The notes below the pieces were generated by a model. That model saw nothing but the letters and a program-made list of their open reading frames with translations, made no database searches and had not been told where the DNA came from. 64,000 nt of DNA from Escherichia coli (GTDB lineage: Bacteria > Pseudomonadota > Gammaproteobacteria > Enterobacterales > Enterobacteriaceae): the NCBI RefSeq assembly GCF_009931435.1, contig NZ_CP043414.1. One strand, 5' to 3'. Position numbers and translations under genes: made by a program. This document shows, piece by piece, positions 14,009 through 24,840 of this stretch. Numbering within the stretch: the first letter of the stretch is position 1; each line of letters starts with the position of its first letter.

Positions 14009-14563
14009 ATGGAGTTCGCTTTTTATATCTGTGGCCTGATAGCCATACTTGCGACCTTGCGAGTGATCACCCATACCAATCCGGTACACGCATTGCTGTA
14101 CCTGATTATTTCGCTGCTGGCGATTTCCGGGGTGTTCTTCTCACTGGGCGCTTACTTCGCCGGTGCGCTGGAAATTATCGTCTACGCGGGTGCCATTATG
14201 GTGCTGTTCGTGTTCGTGGTGATGATGCTCAACCTGGGCGGTTCGGAAATCGAACAGGAACGCCAGTGGCTGAAACCGCAGGTGTGGATTGGTCCGGCAA
14301 TTTTGTCAGCCATCATGCTGGTGGTGATTGTTTACGCCATTCTCGGTGTTAACGATCAGGGTATCGACGGTACGCCAATCAGTGCTAAAGCAGTGGGTAT
14401 TACGCTGTTCGGGCCTTACGTACTGGCGGTGGAACTGGCTTCTATGCTGCTGCTGGCTGGTCTGGTTGTGGCCTTCCACGTCGGTCGTGAAGAGCGTGCG
14501 GGTGAAGTGCTGAGCAATCGTAAAGACGACAGCGCGAAAAGAAAAACGGAGGAGCACGCATGA
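14009..14563 (+). CDS. nuoJ: NADH:quinone oxidoreductase subunit J (membrane)
   Basis: 184 aa hydrophobic protein in conserved operon position. Confidence 0.92.
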
Positions 14564-14862
14564 TCCCCTTACAACATGGACTGATCCTCGCGGCAATCTT
14601 ATTCGTTCTTGGCTTAACCGGTCTGGTTATCCGTCGCAATCTGCTCTTTATGCTGATTGGTCTGGAAATCATGATTAACGCCTCTGCGCTGGCCTTTGTG
14701 GTCGCCGGAAGCTACTGGGGTCAGACCGACGGTCAGGTGATGTACATTCTCGCCATCAGCCTCGCGGCGGCGGAAGCGAGTATCGGCCTTGCGCTGCTGC
14801 TGCAACTTCACCGTCGTCGCCAGAACCTGAACATCGATTCAGTAAGTGAGATGCGCGGATGA
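14560..14862 (+). CDS. nuoK: NADH:quinone oxidoreductase subunit K (membrane)
   Basis: 100 aa hydrophobic protein; overlaps nuoJ stop and nuoL start. Confidence 0.92.
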
Positions 14863-16700
14863 ACATGCTTGCCTTAACCATTATTTTGCCATTGATTGGC
14901 TTCGTCTTGCTGGCGTTCTCCCGTGGGCGCTGGTCTGAAAATGTCTCGGCGATCGTGGGCGTAGGCTCTGTGGGCCTGGCGGCGCTGGTAACCGCCTTTA
15001 TCGGCGTTGACTTCTTCGCTAACGGCGAGCAGGCATACAGCCAGCCGCTGTGGACATGGATGTCGGTAGGCGACTTTAACATCGGTTTCAATCTGGTGCT
15101 GGACGGCCTGTCGCTGACCATGCTCTCGGTGGTCACCGGTGTCGGTTTCCTTATTCACATGTACGCCTCCTGGTATATGCGTGGTGAAGAGGGCTACTCT
15201 CGCTTCTTCGCCTACACCAACCTGTTCATCGCCAGCATGGTGGTTCTGGTTCTTGCCGACAACCTGCTGCTGATGTACCTCGGCTGGGAAGGCGTGGGCC
15301 TGTGCTCCTATCTGTTGATCGGTTTCTATTACACCGATCCGAAGAATGGCGCAGCGGCAATGAAAGCGTTTGTCGTGACCCGTGTGGGTGACGTGTTCCT
15401 CGCTTTCGCGCTGTTCATTCTCTACAACGAACTGGGCACCCTGAACTTCCGTGAAATGGTGGAACTGGCACCCGCGCACTTTGCTGACGGCAATAACATG
15501 CTGATGTGGGCGACGCTGATGCTGCTGGGCGGTGCGGTTGGTAAATCTGCGCAGCTACCGTTGCAGACATGGCTTGCCGACGCGATGGCTGGCCCGACAC
15601 CTGTCTCCGCGCTGATCCACGCCGCAACGATGGTAACCGCGGGTGTCTACCTGATCGCCCGTACCCACGGCCTGTTCCTGATGACACCAGAAGTTCTGCA
15701 TCTGGTGGGTATTGTCGGGGCAGTTACGCTGCTGCTGGCCGGTTTTGCCGCGCTGGTACAGACCGACATCAAACGTGTTCTCGCTTACTCCACCATGAGC
15801 CAGATTGGCTACATGTTCCTTGCGCTTGGCGTACAGGCATGGGATGCGGCGATTTTCCACTTGATGACCCACGCGTTCTTTAAAGCGCTGCTGTTCCTGG
15901 CATCCGGTTCCGTCATTCTGGCCTGCCATCACGAACAGAACATCTTCAAGATGGGCGGTCTGCGTAAATCTATTCCGCTGGTTTATCTCTGCTTCCTGGT
16001 GGGTGGTGCAGCACTGTCGGCACTGCCGCTGGTTACTGCGGGCTTCTTCAGTAAGGATGAGATCCTCGCTGGTGCGATGGCGAATGGTCATATCAATCTG
16101 ATGGTGGCAGGTCTGGTCGGTGCGTTTATGACCTCTCTCTACACCTTCCGTATGATTTTCATCGTCTTCCACGGGAAAGAACAAATTCACGCTCACGCCG
16201 TGAAAGGGATTACTCACAGCCTGCCGCTGATTGTGCTGCTGATCCTTTCCACCTTCGTTGGCGCACTGATTGTACCGCCGCTGCAGGGCGTGCTTCCGCA
16301 AACTACGGAACTGGCGCACGGCAGCATGTTGACCCTGGAAATTACCTCTGGCGTGGTCGCGGTGGTTGGTATTCTGCTGGCAGCCTGGCTGTGGCTGGGT
16401 AAACGTACTCTGGTGACCTCCATCGCCAACAGTGCGCCGGGCCGTCTGCTGGGTACCTGGTGGTACAACGCCTGGGGCTTTGACTGGCTGTACGACAAAG
16501 TGTTCGTCAAGCCGTTCCTGGGTATTGCCTGGTTGCTGAAACGCGATCCGCTGAACTCAATGATGAACATCCCGGCTGTCCTTTCCCGCTTTGCAGGTAA
16601 AGGTCTGCTGTTAAGCGAGAACGGTTATCTGCGCTGGTATGTGGCATCCATGAGCATCGGTGCGGTCGTGGTGCTGGCACTGTTGATGGTACTGCGTTGA
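14859..16700 (+). CDS. nuoL: NADH:quinone oxidoreductase subunit L (antiporter-like)
   Basis: 613 aa Mrp-antiporter-like membrane subunit. Confidence 0.93.
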
Positions 16701-16738
16701 GTTAAGGATTGTGGGCTTGCCCCTGGGCATATAAGAAC

Positions 16739-16776
16739 GTAGGTCGGATAAGCCGCCTTCGCGGCGCATCCGACAC
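16739..16776. repeat. REP (repetitive extragenic palindrome) element in the nuoL-nuoM spacer
   Basis: gtaggtcggataagccgccttcgcggcgcatccgacac matches the enterobacterial REP consensus (imperfect palindrome). Confidence 0.6.
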
Positions 16777-16865
16777 TACAACCACAATCCGAAGAGAATT
16801 TTCTGTCGTGAGAATTCGTTGAAAATCCGGTCCTGACGGGACTTTTACAAGGAATAAAGATCGCC

Positions 16866-18395
16866 ATGTTACTACCCTGGCTAATATTAATTCCCTTTAT
16901 CGGCGGCTTCCTGTGCTGGCAGACCGAACGCTTTGGCGTCAAGGTGCCGCGCTGGATCGCGCTGATCACCATGGGATTGACGCTGGCGCTGTCGCTGCAA
17001 CTGTGGTTGCAGGGCGGTTATTCACTGACGCAATCCGCCGGAATTCCGCAGTGGCAGTCTGAATTCGACATGCCGTGGATCCCGCGTTTTGGTATCTCTA
17101 TCCATCTCGCCATTGACGGGCTATCGCTGCTGATGGTCGTGCTGACCGGTCTGCTCGGTGTGCTGGCGGTACTCTGTTCGTGGAAAGAGATCGAAAAATA
17201 TCAGGGCTTCTTCCACCTCAACCTGATGTGGATCCTGGGCGGCGTTATCGGCGTGTTCCTTGCCATCGACATGTTCCTGTTCTTCTTCTTCTGGGAAATG
17301 ATGCTGGTGCCGATGTACTTCCTGATCGCACTGTGGGGGCATAAAGCCTCTGACGGTAAAACGCGTATCACGGCGGCAACCAAGTTCTTCATTTACACCC
17401 AGGCGAGTGGTCTGGTGATGCTGATCGCCATCCTGGCGCTGGTTTTTGTTCACTACAATGCGACTGGCGTCTGGACCTTCAACTATGAAGAGCTGCTGAA
17501 TACGCCAATGTCTAACGGCGTGGAATATTTGCTGATGCTGGGCTTCTTCATCGCATTTGCGGTGAAAATGCCGGTGGTTCCGCTGCATGGCTGGCTGCCG
17601 GATGCGCACTCCCAGGCTCCGACCGCCGGTTCCGTTGACCTCGCGGGGATCTTGCTGAAAACTGCCGCTTACGGTTTGCTGCGTTTCTCCCTGCCGCTGT
17701 TCCCGAACGCGTCGGCAGAGTTTGCACCAATCGCTATGTGGCTGGGTGTTATCGGCATCTTCTACGGTGCGTGGATGGCCTTCGCCCAGACCGATATCAA
17801 ACGTCTGATCGCCTACACCTCGGTTTCCCACATGGGCTTCGTGCTGATTGCTATCTACACCGGCAGCCAGTTAGCCTACCAGGGCGCGGTCATTCAGATG
17901 ATTGCTCACGGCTTGTCGGCGGCGGGTCTGTTTATTCTCTGCGGTCAGCTTTATGAGCGTATCCATACCCGCGATATGCGCATGATGGGCGGTCTGTGGA
18001 GCAAAATGAAATGGCTGCCAGCACTGTCACTGTTCTTTGCGGTGGCAACGCTTGGGATGCCGGGCACCGGTAACTTCGTCGGCGAATTTATGATTCTGTT
18101 CGGCAGCTTCCAGGTTGTCCCGGTGATTACCGTTATCTCTACCTTTGGGCTGGTCTTTGCATCTGTTTATTCGCTGGCGATGTTGCATCGCGCTTACTTC
18201 GGTAAAGCGAAAAGCCAGATTGCCAGCCAGGAACTGCCAGGGATGTCGCTGCGTGAGCTGTTTATGATCCTGTTGCTGGTGGTGCTGCTGGTACTGCTGG
18301 GCTTCTATCCGCAGCCGATTCTGGATACCTCGCACTCCGCGATTGGCAATATCCAGCAGTGGTTTGTTAATTCCGTTACTACTACAAGGCCGTAA
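16866..18395 (+). CDS. nuoM: NADH:quinone oxidoreductase subunit M (antiporter-like)
   Basis: 509 aa membrane protein. Confidence 0.93.
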   Translation: MLLPWLILIPFIGGFLCWQTERFGVKVPRWIALITMGLTLALSLQLWLQGGYSLTQSAGIPQWQSEFDMPWIPRFGISIHLAIDGLSLLMVVLTGLLGVLAVLCSWKEIEKYQGFFHLNLMWILGGVIGVFLAIDMFLFFFFWEMMLVPMYFLIALWGHKASDGKTRITAATKFFIYTQASGLVMLIAILALVFVHYNATGVWTFNYEELLNTPMSNGVEYLLMLGFFIAFAVKMPVVPLHGWLPDAHSQAPTAGSVDLAGILLKTAAYGLLRFSLPLFPNASAEFAPIAMWLGVIGIFYGAWMAFAQTDIKRLIAYTSVSHMGFVLIAIYTGSQLAYQGAVIQMIAHGLSAAGLFILCGQLYERIHTRDMRMMGGLWSKMKWLPALSLFFAVATLGMPGTGNFVGEFMILFGSFQVVPVITVISTFGLVFASVYSLAMLHRAYFGKAKSQIASQELPGMSLRELFMILLLVVLLVLLGFYPQPILDTSHSAIGNIQQWFVNSVTTTRP

Positions 18396-18401
18396 ATCGC
18401 C

Positions 18402-19859
18402 ATGACAATAACTCCACAAAACCTGATCGCACTGCTACCGTTGCTGATCGTCGGCTTGACGGTGGTGGTTGTGATGCTCTCCATTGCGTGGCGACGCAAT
18501 CATTTCCTCAACGCTACGATCTCGGTTATTGGGCTTAACGCGGCGCTGGTTTCGCTCTGGTTTGTCGGCCAGGCGGGCGCTATGGACGTTACGCCGCTGA
18601 TGCGCGTTGATGGTTTCGCCATGCTTTACACCGGGCTGGTATTGTTGGCGAGCCTCGCCACCTGTACTTTCGCCTACCCGTGGCTTGAAGGCTATAACGA
18701 CAACAAGGACGAGTTCTACCTGTTGGTGTTAATTGCCGCGCTGGGCGGGATCCTGCTGGCGAATGCCAACCATCTGGCGTCTCTGTTCCTCGGTATTGAA
18801 CTGATCTCTTTGCCGCTGTTTGGCCTGGTCGGTTACGCTTTCCGCCAGAAACGTTCGCTGGAAGCCAGTATCAAATACACTATCCTTTCTGCCGCAGCGT
18901 CTTCTTTCCTGCTGTTCGGTATGGCGCTGGTGTATGCGCAGTCTGGCGACCTGTCGTTTGTCGCGCTGGGTAAAAACCTCGGCGACGGTATGCTCAACGA
19001 GCCGCTGTTGCTGGCAGGTTTCGGCCTGATGATTGTTGGCCTTGGCTTCAAACTCTCTCTGGTGCCGTTCCACCTGTGGACGCCAGACGTATACCAGGGC
19101 GCGCCTGCGCCGGTTTCCACTTTCCTGGCGACGGCGAGCAAAATCGCTATCTTCGGCGTGGTGATGCGTCTGTTCCTTTACGCACCAGTGGGCGACAGCG
19201 AAGCGATTCGCGTGGTGCTGGCGATTATCGCCTTTGCCTCTATCATCTTCGGTAACCTGATGGCGCTGAGCCAGACCAATATCAAACGTCTGCTCGGTTA
19301 CTCATCTATCTCTCACCTCGGCTATCTGCTGGTGGCGCTGATTGCGCTGCAAACTGGCGAGATGTCGATGGAAGCGGTAGGGGTTTACCTGGCCGGTTAT
19401 CTGTTCAGCAGCCTCGGCGCGTTCGGCGTGGTCAGCCTGATGTCCAGCCCGTATCGTGGCCCGGATGCTGATTCCCTGTTCTCTTACCGCGGTCTGTTCT
19501 GGCATCGTCCGATCCTCGCGGCAGTGATGACGGTGATGATGCTGTCACTGGCGGGTATCCCAATGACGCTGGGCTTTATCGGTAAGTTCTATGTGCTGGC
19601 GGTCGGTGTCCAGGCACACTTGTGGTGGCTGGTGGGTGCGGTGGTTGTCGGTTCGGCAATCGGCCTCTACTACTACCTGCGCGTAGCGGTGAGCTTATAC
19701 CTGCACGCCCCGGAGCAACCGGGTCGCGACGCACCGTCAAACTGGCAGTACAGCGCGGGTGGTATCGTGGTGCTGATCTCTGCACTGTTGGTACTGGTGC
19801 TGGGTGTATGGCCGCAACCGCTGATTAGCATTGTGCGGTTAGCAATGCCGCTGATGTAA
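18402..19859 (+). CDS. nuoN: NADH:quinone oxidoreductase subunit N (antiporter-like)
   Basis: 485 aa membrane protein, last gene of the operon. Confidence 0.93.
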   Translation: MTITPQNLIALLPLLIVGLTVVVVMLSIAWRRNHFLNATISVIGLNAALVSLWFVGQAGAMDVTPLMRVDGFAMLYTGLVLLASLATCTFAYPWLEGYNDNKDEFYLLVLIAALGGILLANANHLASLFLGIELISLPLFGLVGYAFRQKRSLEASIKYTILSAAASSFLLFGMALVYAQSGDLSFVALGKNLGDGMLNEPLLLAGFGLMIVGLGFKLSLVPFHLWTPDVYQGAPAPVSTFLATASKIAIFGVVMRLFLYAPVGDSEAIRVVLAIIAFASIIFGNLMALSQTNIKRLLGYSSISHLGYLLVALIALQTGEMSMEAVGVYLAGYLFSSLGAFGVVSLMSSPYRGPDADSLFSYRGLFWHRPILAAVMTVMMLSLAGIPMTLGFIGKFYVLAVGVQAHLWWLVGAVVVGSAIGLYYYLRVAVSLYLHAPEQPGRDAPSNWQYSAGGIVVLISALLVLVLGVWPQPLISIVRLAMPLM

Positions 19860-19882
19860 GCTGTCAGTTCGTAAGTCAGAAA

Positions 19883-19910
19883 GCCGCCGACAAGTTCGGC
19901 GGTTTTTTTT
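19883..19910 (+). terminator. Rho-independent terminator of the nuo operon
   Basis: Stem ccgccga / tcggcgg with a 5-nt loop followed by 8 T, 24 nt after the nuoN stop. Confidence 0.75.
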
Positions 19911-19926
19911 GGTGCCCTGACCCCCA

Positions 19927-20430
19927 TCACCCAACAATAACCGTCAGCGCATGATTCCCTTGCCGCAGCATACGTCGATACGCGCTAATCAGCTTTTCCA
20001 TATCGAGCATGATCGAAGCAAAGAGTTGCCCCTCTAACTCTTCTGAAAAGGTTACTCCCGGATAAATCTCCATTTCATTGAGTCGTTTAATGGAAAACTG
20101 TTTACGCAGCACATTTCGGTCAAGAGCTTCCAGTCGGTCGATTGTCGCGGCTAACTCCTGATTCCAGGTCAATCCCAGGAATCCATCTATGCCATCTTCG
20201 AGGCTGTGTTCACCAAGCACGGCACGACTCAGCGGATCATTCTTCGCGGGATCAAAAGCAGAGGTGCCTGTCAGCCCAAAGTGTAAAAAATCCCAGCGTT
20301 TATCAATATCCAGTCGGCGTAATCCTGAAAGCGTGTCATGTATATTATCCATCAAAGGTTTTTGAGTAGACTCAAGAAGTTGGTTAATCTTTTCTGAGTC
20401 AATTTCTGCAAAATAGCCAATCATTCCCAT
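19927..20430 (-). CDS. yfbM: DUF1877-family protein YfbM
   Basis: 167 aa ORF with ATG start; recognised as YfbM; convergent with nuoN. Confidence 0.85.
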   Translation of the reverse strand: MGMIGYFAEIDSEKINQLLESTQKPLMDNIHDTLSGLRRLDIDKRWDFLHFGLTGTSAFDPAKNDPLSRAVLGEHSLEDGIDGFLGLTWNQELAATIDRLEALDRNVLRKQFSIKRLNEMEIYPGVTFSEELEGQLFASIMLDMEKLISAYRRMLRQGNHALTVIVG

Positions 20431-20532
20431 TTTATTTTCCTCCGTTGAATTTCATGTTTCGCATCTTAAAACAGACGAGGGAAAATAAAATGTACATGTC
20501 GCTTTTTCTGGACCCGCCTCGAGAAATTTTTA

Positions 20533-21504
20533 TTATTTACTGTTGTATAACAAAGTTATAACCCCATCCACTACCTGAGCCATTTTCTGATAATTCAATC
20601 TGTCTGCGGTATCACCGGGCAAGTGGTATTGTTTATTACGATAAAAAGCGGTGTCGGTAATCATTACGGCGGGAATATCGTGTTGCCAATAATTAAGGTG
20701 ATCAGAGAAATCAATACCGGGAATAAACCCTGGGGCATTCATAGAATAAACAGATAAATCCTGAGATGACAACAATGCCGCTTTTAGCTGACGAACGGCG
20801 TTGATATCCTGCATTCTGCCGACCACGGCAATAAAGTCTCCCCGATCGGGATAAAGCCAGGACATTGCCGGGTAAGGGTAATCCTGACTACCAGGCGCAG
20901 AGTCGTAATAGCCAATCATCTCCAGCGCTATCATTAATCTAACTGGACGCTCAAGCGAAGCTGCATGTACCGCGCTCCCCATTTCATCGCTACGAAAGAA
21001 GGGCGGTTCTTCCGACGCATAGGCGACCAGCTGCACGCCAGTTTTCGGTGCTTGCTGCTGTAACAAACGTGCCAGTTCGAGTAATCCTGCCACGCCGCTG
21101 GCGTTATCATCCGCGCCCGGCGTATAGGTCAATTGATCGTTTTCATAACTGCTGACAGAATCATAGTGCGCACCAATAATAATCAGCGGTCCATCGGCAG
21201 GACCATAATCAGCAACAATGTTTTTGTAGGGACCTCCCGTAATGGGGACGTCCTGCGCGGTAACGCTGGCACCGCTACTGATAAAGACCTCTTTTATATA
21301 TTCTGCGGACCTTTTCAGATTATCAATATTGTCGGCACTACGGGGATGCACAGTTTGTGTAAGATAACGAACTGTTTTTTCTAATTGCTCAGGACTTGTG
21401 TGTCGGGGCGTTGGCGGTAATGCATTGACCCAGGGTTGGTAAAAAATAATCAGAGGGAGTGAAAACAGAATTAATATAATAAAAGCAAAGTTTATTTTTT
21501 TCAT
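20533..21504 (-). CDS. yfbL: M28-family aminopeptidase-like protein YfbL, signal peptide present
   Basis: 323 aa from the ATG at 21504 (the ORF-track start at 21510 is a TTG); N-terminal hydrophobic signal; metallopeptidase M28 hallmarks (HYDS ... DDNASG ... EE). Confidence 0.85.
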   Translation of the reverse strand: MKKINFAFIILILFSLPLIIFYQPWVNALPPTPRHTSPEQLEKTVRYLTQTVHPRSADNIDNLKRSAEYIKEVFISSGASVTAQDVPITGGPYKNIVADYGPADGPLIIIGAHYDSVSSYENDQLTYTPGADDNASGVAGLLELARLLQQQAPKTGVQLVAYASEEPPFFRSDEMGSAVHAASLERPVRLMIALEMIGYYDSAPGSQDYPYPAMSWLYPDRGDFIAVVGRMQDINAVRQLKAALLSSQDLSVYSMNAPGFIPGIDFSDHLNYWQHDIPAVMITDTAFYRNKQYHLPGDTADRLNYQKMAQVVDGVITLLYNSK

Positions 21505-21641
21505 ATGCAAATTATTAATGGGTTGCGTTATTGAATCATTATTTGTTATAGGTTTCGATATTGTATTTTATTAAGATTAGCAGGATTATACAAAGAGTAT
21601 ATTTTATGTCTGGTGCCTGAGTTTATTTAAAAGGATTTTAT

Positions 21642-23369
21642 ATGCGAAATAAAAATATAATCATGTTGCTTATGAGTAGTTTGATTTTGTCAGGATGTGG
21701 GCCGGAACCTGAGAATAAGGAAAGTCAGCAACAACAACCCAGTACTCCAACAGAGCAGCAAGTGCTTGCCGCGCAGCAAGCTGCAATAAAAGAGGCTGAG
21801 CAAAGCGCCGCCGCCGCGAAAGTCTTGGCCCAGCAAGAAGTGCAACAATATTCAGACAAACAGGCTTTACAGGGGCGATTGCAGGAAGCGCCAACATTTG
21901 CAAGAGCGGCTAAAGCAAAAGCTACACATGTCGCAAATCCAGGAACCGCTCGCTATCAGCAGTTCGATGATAATCCGGTTAAGCAGGTAGCGCAAAATCC
22001 GTTGGCGACGTTTAGTCTTGACGTTGACACTGGCAGTTATGCGAATGTACGGCGTTTCCTCAATCAAGGGCTGTTACCTCCGCCAGACGCTGTGCGGGTG
22101 GAGGAGATAGTCAATTATTTCCCGTCTGATTGGGATATCAAAGACAAACAATCTATTCCGGCCTCTAAGCCAATACCTTTCGCTATGCGCTACGAATTGG
22201 CACCTGCGCCATGGAATGAACAGCGAACATTGCTGAAAGTTGATATCCTGGCGAAAGATCGCAAAAGTGAAGAGTTACCAGCTTCTAATCTGGTCTTTCT
22301 TATCGACACTTCTGGTTCAATGATTTCTGATGAACGTTTGCCACTTATCCAGTCTTCGTTGAAATTATTGGTCAAAGAACTTCGTGAGCAGGATAACATT
22401 GCTATCGTGACCTACGCTGGCGACTCCCGTATTGCATTGCCTTCTATCTCCGGGAGTCATAAGGCGGAAATTAATGCCGCAATTGATTCGCTGGATGCCG
22501 AAGGCAGTACCAATGGCGGTGCCGGGCTGGAACTGGCTTATCAGCAGGCGGCGAAGGGGTTTATTAAGGGCGGTATCAATCGCATTTTATTGGCCACTGA
22601 CGGTGACTTTAACGTTGGTATTGACGATCCAAAATCGATTGAATCAATGGTCAAAAAACAGCGGGAGTCCGGTGTTACTCTGTCGACGTTTGGCGTGGGG
22701 GATGACAATTACAACGAGGCAATGATGGTGCGAATTGCCGATGTTGGCAACGGTAACTACAGCTACATTGATACCCTCTCTGAAGCGCAGAAAGTATTGA
22801 ACAGTGAAATGCGGCAGACGTTGATTACCGTAGCAAAAGATGTCAAAGCGCAAATTGAGTTTAACCCCGCGTGGGTAACGGAATACCGTCAGATTGGTTA
22901 TGAAAAGCGCCAACTTCGGGCGGAAGATTTTAATAACGACAACGTTGATGCGGGGGATATTGGCGCAGGCAAACATATAACGTTGTTATTTGAATTAACG
23001 CTGAACGGGCAAAAAGCATCAATTGATAAGTTACGCTATGCCCCGGATAACAAATCAGCGAAATCGGACAAAACGAAAGAACTGGCCTGGTTAAAAATTC
23101 GCTGGAAATACCCGCAGGGAAAAGAAAGTCAGTTAGTTGAATTCCCGCTGGGGCCAATAATAAACGCGCCCTCTGAAGATATGCGTTTTCGCGCAGCAGT
23201 AGCTGCATATGGGCAAAAGTTACGCGGTTCTGAATACCTGGACGAAATCTCATGGCAGCAGATAAAACAGTGGGCTCAGCAGGCAAAAGGGGAAGATCCA
23301 CAGGGTTACAGGGCGGAATTTATTCGCCTGGTTGAACTGGCGGATGGGGTGACTGGCATCAGTCCGTGA
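21642..23369 (+). CDS. yfbK: von Willebrand factor type A (vWA) domain lipoprotein YfbK
   Basis: 575 aa; lipobox LILSGC at the N-terminus; vWA MIDAS motif DTSGSM; AAGGA RBS upstream. Confidence 0.85.
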   Translation: MRNKNIIMLLMSSLILSGCGPEPENKESQQQQPSTPTEQQVLAAQQAAIKEAEQSAAAAKVLAQQEVQQYSDKQALQGRLQEAPTFARAAKAKATHVANPGTARYQQFDDNPVKQVAQNPLATFSLDVDTGSYANVRRFLNQGLLPPPDAVRVEEIVNYFPSDWDIKDKQSIPASKPIPFAMRYELAPAPWNEQRTLLKVDILAKDRKSEELPASNLVFLIDTSGSMISDERLPLIQSSLKLLVKELREQDNIAIVTYAGDSRIALPSISGSHKAEINAAIDSLDAEGSTNGGAGLELAYQQAAKGFIKGGINRILLATDGDFNVGIDDPKSIESMVKKQRESGVTLSTFGVGDDNYNEAMMVRIADVGNGNYSYIDTLSEAQKVLNSEMRQTLITVAKDVKAQIEFNPAWVTEYRQIGYEKRQLRAEDFNNDNVDAGDIGAGKHITLLFELTLNGQKASIDKLRYAPDNKSAKSDKTKELAWLKIRWKYPQGKESQLVEFPLGPIINAPSEDMRFRAAVAAYGQKLRGSEYLDEISWQQIKQWAQQAKGEDPQGYRAEFIRLVELADGVTGISP

Positions 23370-23395
23370 TGACTTTTTAGCAAACTATGTTCGAT

Positions 23396-23417
23396 CAGTC
23401 AGCATATTTGCTGACTG
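23396..23417. terminator. Hairpin between convergent yfbK and elaD (possible bidirectional terminator)
   Basis: Inverted repeat cagtcagca / tgctgactg with a 4-nt loop. Confidence 0.45.
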
Positions 23418-23439
23418 GTCGAATTGACTAACAATGATG

Positions 23440-24654
23440 TTAACTTACTCTTTTGCCTGATGCTCTATTTTGGGGTTGTGAGTGTTTTATTTCTAAGTCT
23501 CTATAATAATCATTGATATTTGCATCGCCATATTTATCTAAATAACAATTTCTGTTTACCTGTCGATGTTGAAAATCAATTTCGTACTGCTCTTCTGCTG
23601 AATATTTTTTAAATCTGTCAGCATAGTTTTTTAATAACGTATAGGGAGCGCTGTCAGAATTGCTTTCCCTTTGTTCAATTACTTCTTTGGCTGCCATGCA
23701 CACAAATGCACCGCAACTTTGGCTTAAGTATTGCTGAAGATCGGCATGTAAAAATGTTATCTCTTGTTCAGTTAAATGATCTGTTATATTCTTATTATTC
23801 GGCATTTCCCCCATGAATTTAGAATTGAAACTATTAATGACACGCTTAAGTGAATTTTCTTTATCATGGCCTAGTGCACGTAATGAGTTGAATATGACGC
23901 ATTTTATTTGTTGTGTGTTATTTTTTTCATTAACTATTTTTTGTAGCGAAACTAATATCCAGTGTCCGCCAGTATTTATGGGGAATAACTGGACTTCTTT
24001 CGGCCATGATGGATCGCTCTTAATATTATCATTGAGAGCGATTTCCAGGTAAGTGCTGTTGGAATCGGGGAGGTAGAGACCAGTAGGATAATTGACTTGA
24101 GTATTTTTTGCATTAGCGGCGATCTTCTGAAGATAGCAATCTATTTCATCCGTGGTTAATTGACGATTTTTATCCCAGAAGTTTGTACCATCGCTCAGTT
24201 CATTATTCTTATCATTTAAAAGTACCTTTGAAAGCGACTGTTTTTCTGATATGAGAGGAATGTCCTCACCGATAATTGTCATTAATTTCGAAGGGGAGAA
24301 TAGTTTTTTGAACAGGAGATTATCTGAATTATGTGATTTGAGGGGGTGTTTGGTTGCGGTATGTGCCAAATTATATAATTTTAAACAGGCATTTTTTATA
24401 AGCTTGATAATCGATAGGGTATCATTTGTTGGGTTTCTAACAATATGGTAAAGAATATCTTCAGCTTTTTTTCCAAATTCATCATAACCTAACGCAATAT
24501 TATGCAGTAACTCAATGCTTTCTTCATCTCCGGATAACGCTGTTTTTTTTAAAGACTGCAGTAATTCCTCGGTCACAGTAAATTTTTCTGCAAATGTCTG
24601 ACAGAGTTGGGTTTGAGATAATTGACAATAATTGCTGACAACTGTAACCATCAT
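23440..24654 (-). CDS. elaD: ElaD, CE-clan cysteine protease with deubiquitinase activity
   Basis: 404 aa ORF in a markedly AT-rich stretch; recognised as E. coli ElaD (..[16 protein letters not shown].. catalytic His region). Confidence 0.85.
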   Translation of the reverse strand: MMVTVVSNYCQLSQTQLCQTFAEKFTVTEELLQSLKKTALSGDEESIELLHNIALGYDEFGKKAEDILYHIVRNPTNDTLSIIKLIKNACLKLYNLAHTATKHPLKSHNSDNLLFKKLFSPSKLMTIIGEDIPLISEKQSLSKVLLNDKNNELSDGTNFWDKNRQLTTDEIDCYLQKIAANAKNTQVNYPTGLYLPDSNSTYLEIALNDNIKSDPSWPKEVQLFPINTGGHWILVSLQKIVNEKNNTQQIKCVIFNSLRALGHDKENSLKRVINSFNSKFMGEMPNNKNITDHLTEQEITFLHADLQQYLSQSCGAFVCMAAKEVIEQRESNSDSAPYTLLKNYADRFKKYSAEEQYEIDFQHRQVNRNCYLDKYGDANINDYYRDLEIKHSQPQNRASGKRVS

Positions 24655-24840
24655 AGGCTCCTTTTAGTTGCAAAGATTGTGCTGAATGAAGATAAAAAGA
24701 GGCAACTTATTGCTCTGAATATAGTGCGTGCGGAGATGAATAAATATCAAAAATCGCTCAATATGCCCGTGTGGGTGGATATATGTGGCGCGGGTTGCGA
24801 TAACAGGGCAAGTTTCGCCCTGTTTTAGTAGGAAGCAGAG

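Noticed and set aside
24622-24828. 68-aa ORF in the elaD-rbn spacer
   Set aside because: No RBS and it overlaps the likely elaD 5' region; not distinguishable from chance in AT-rich spacer DNA.
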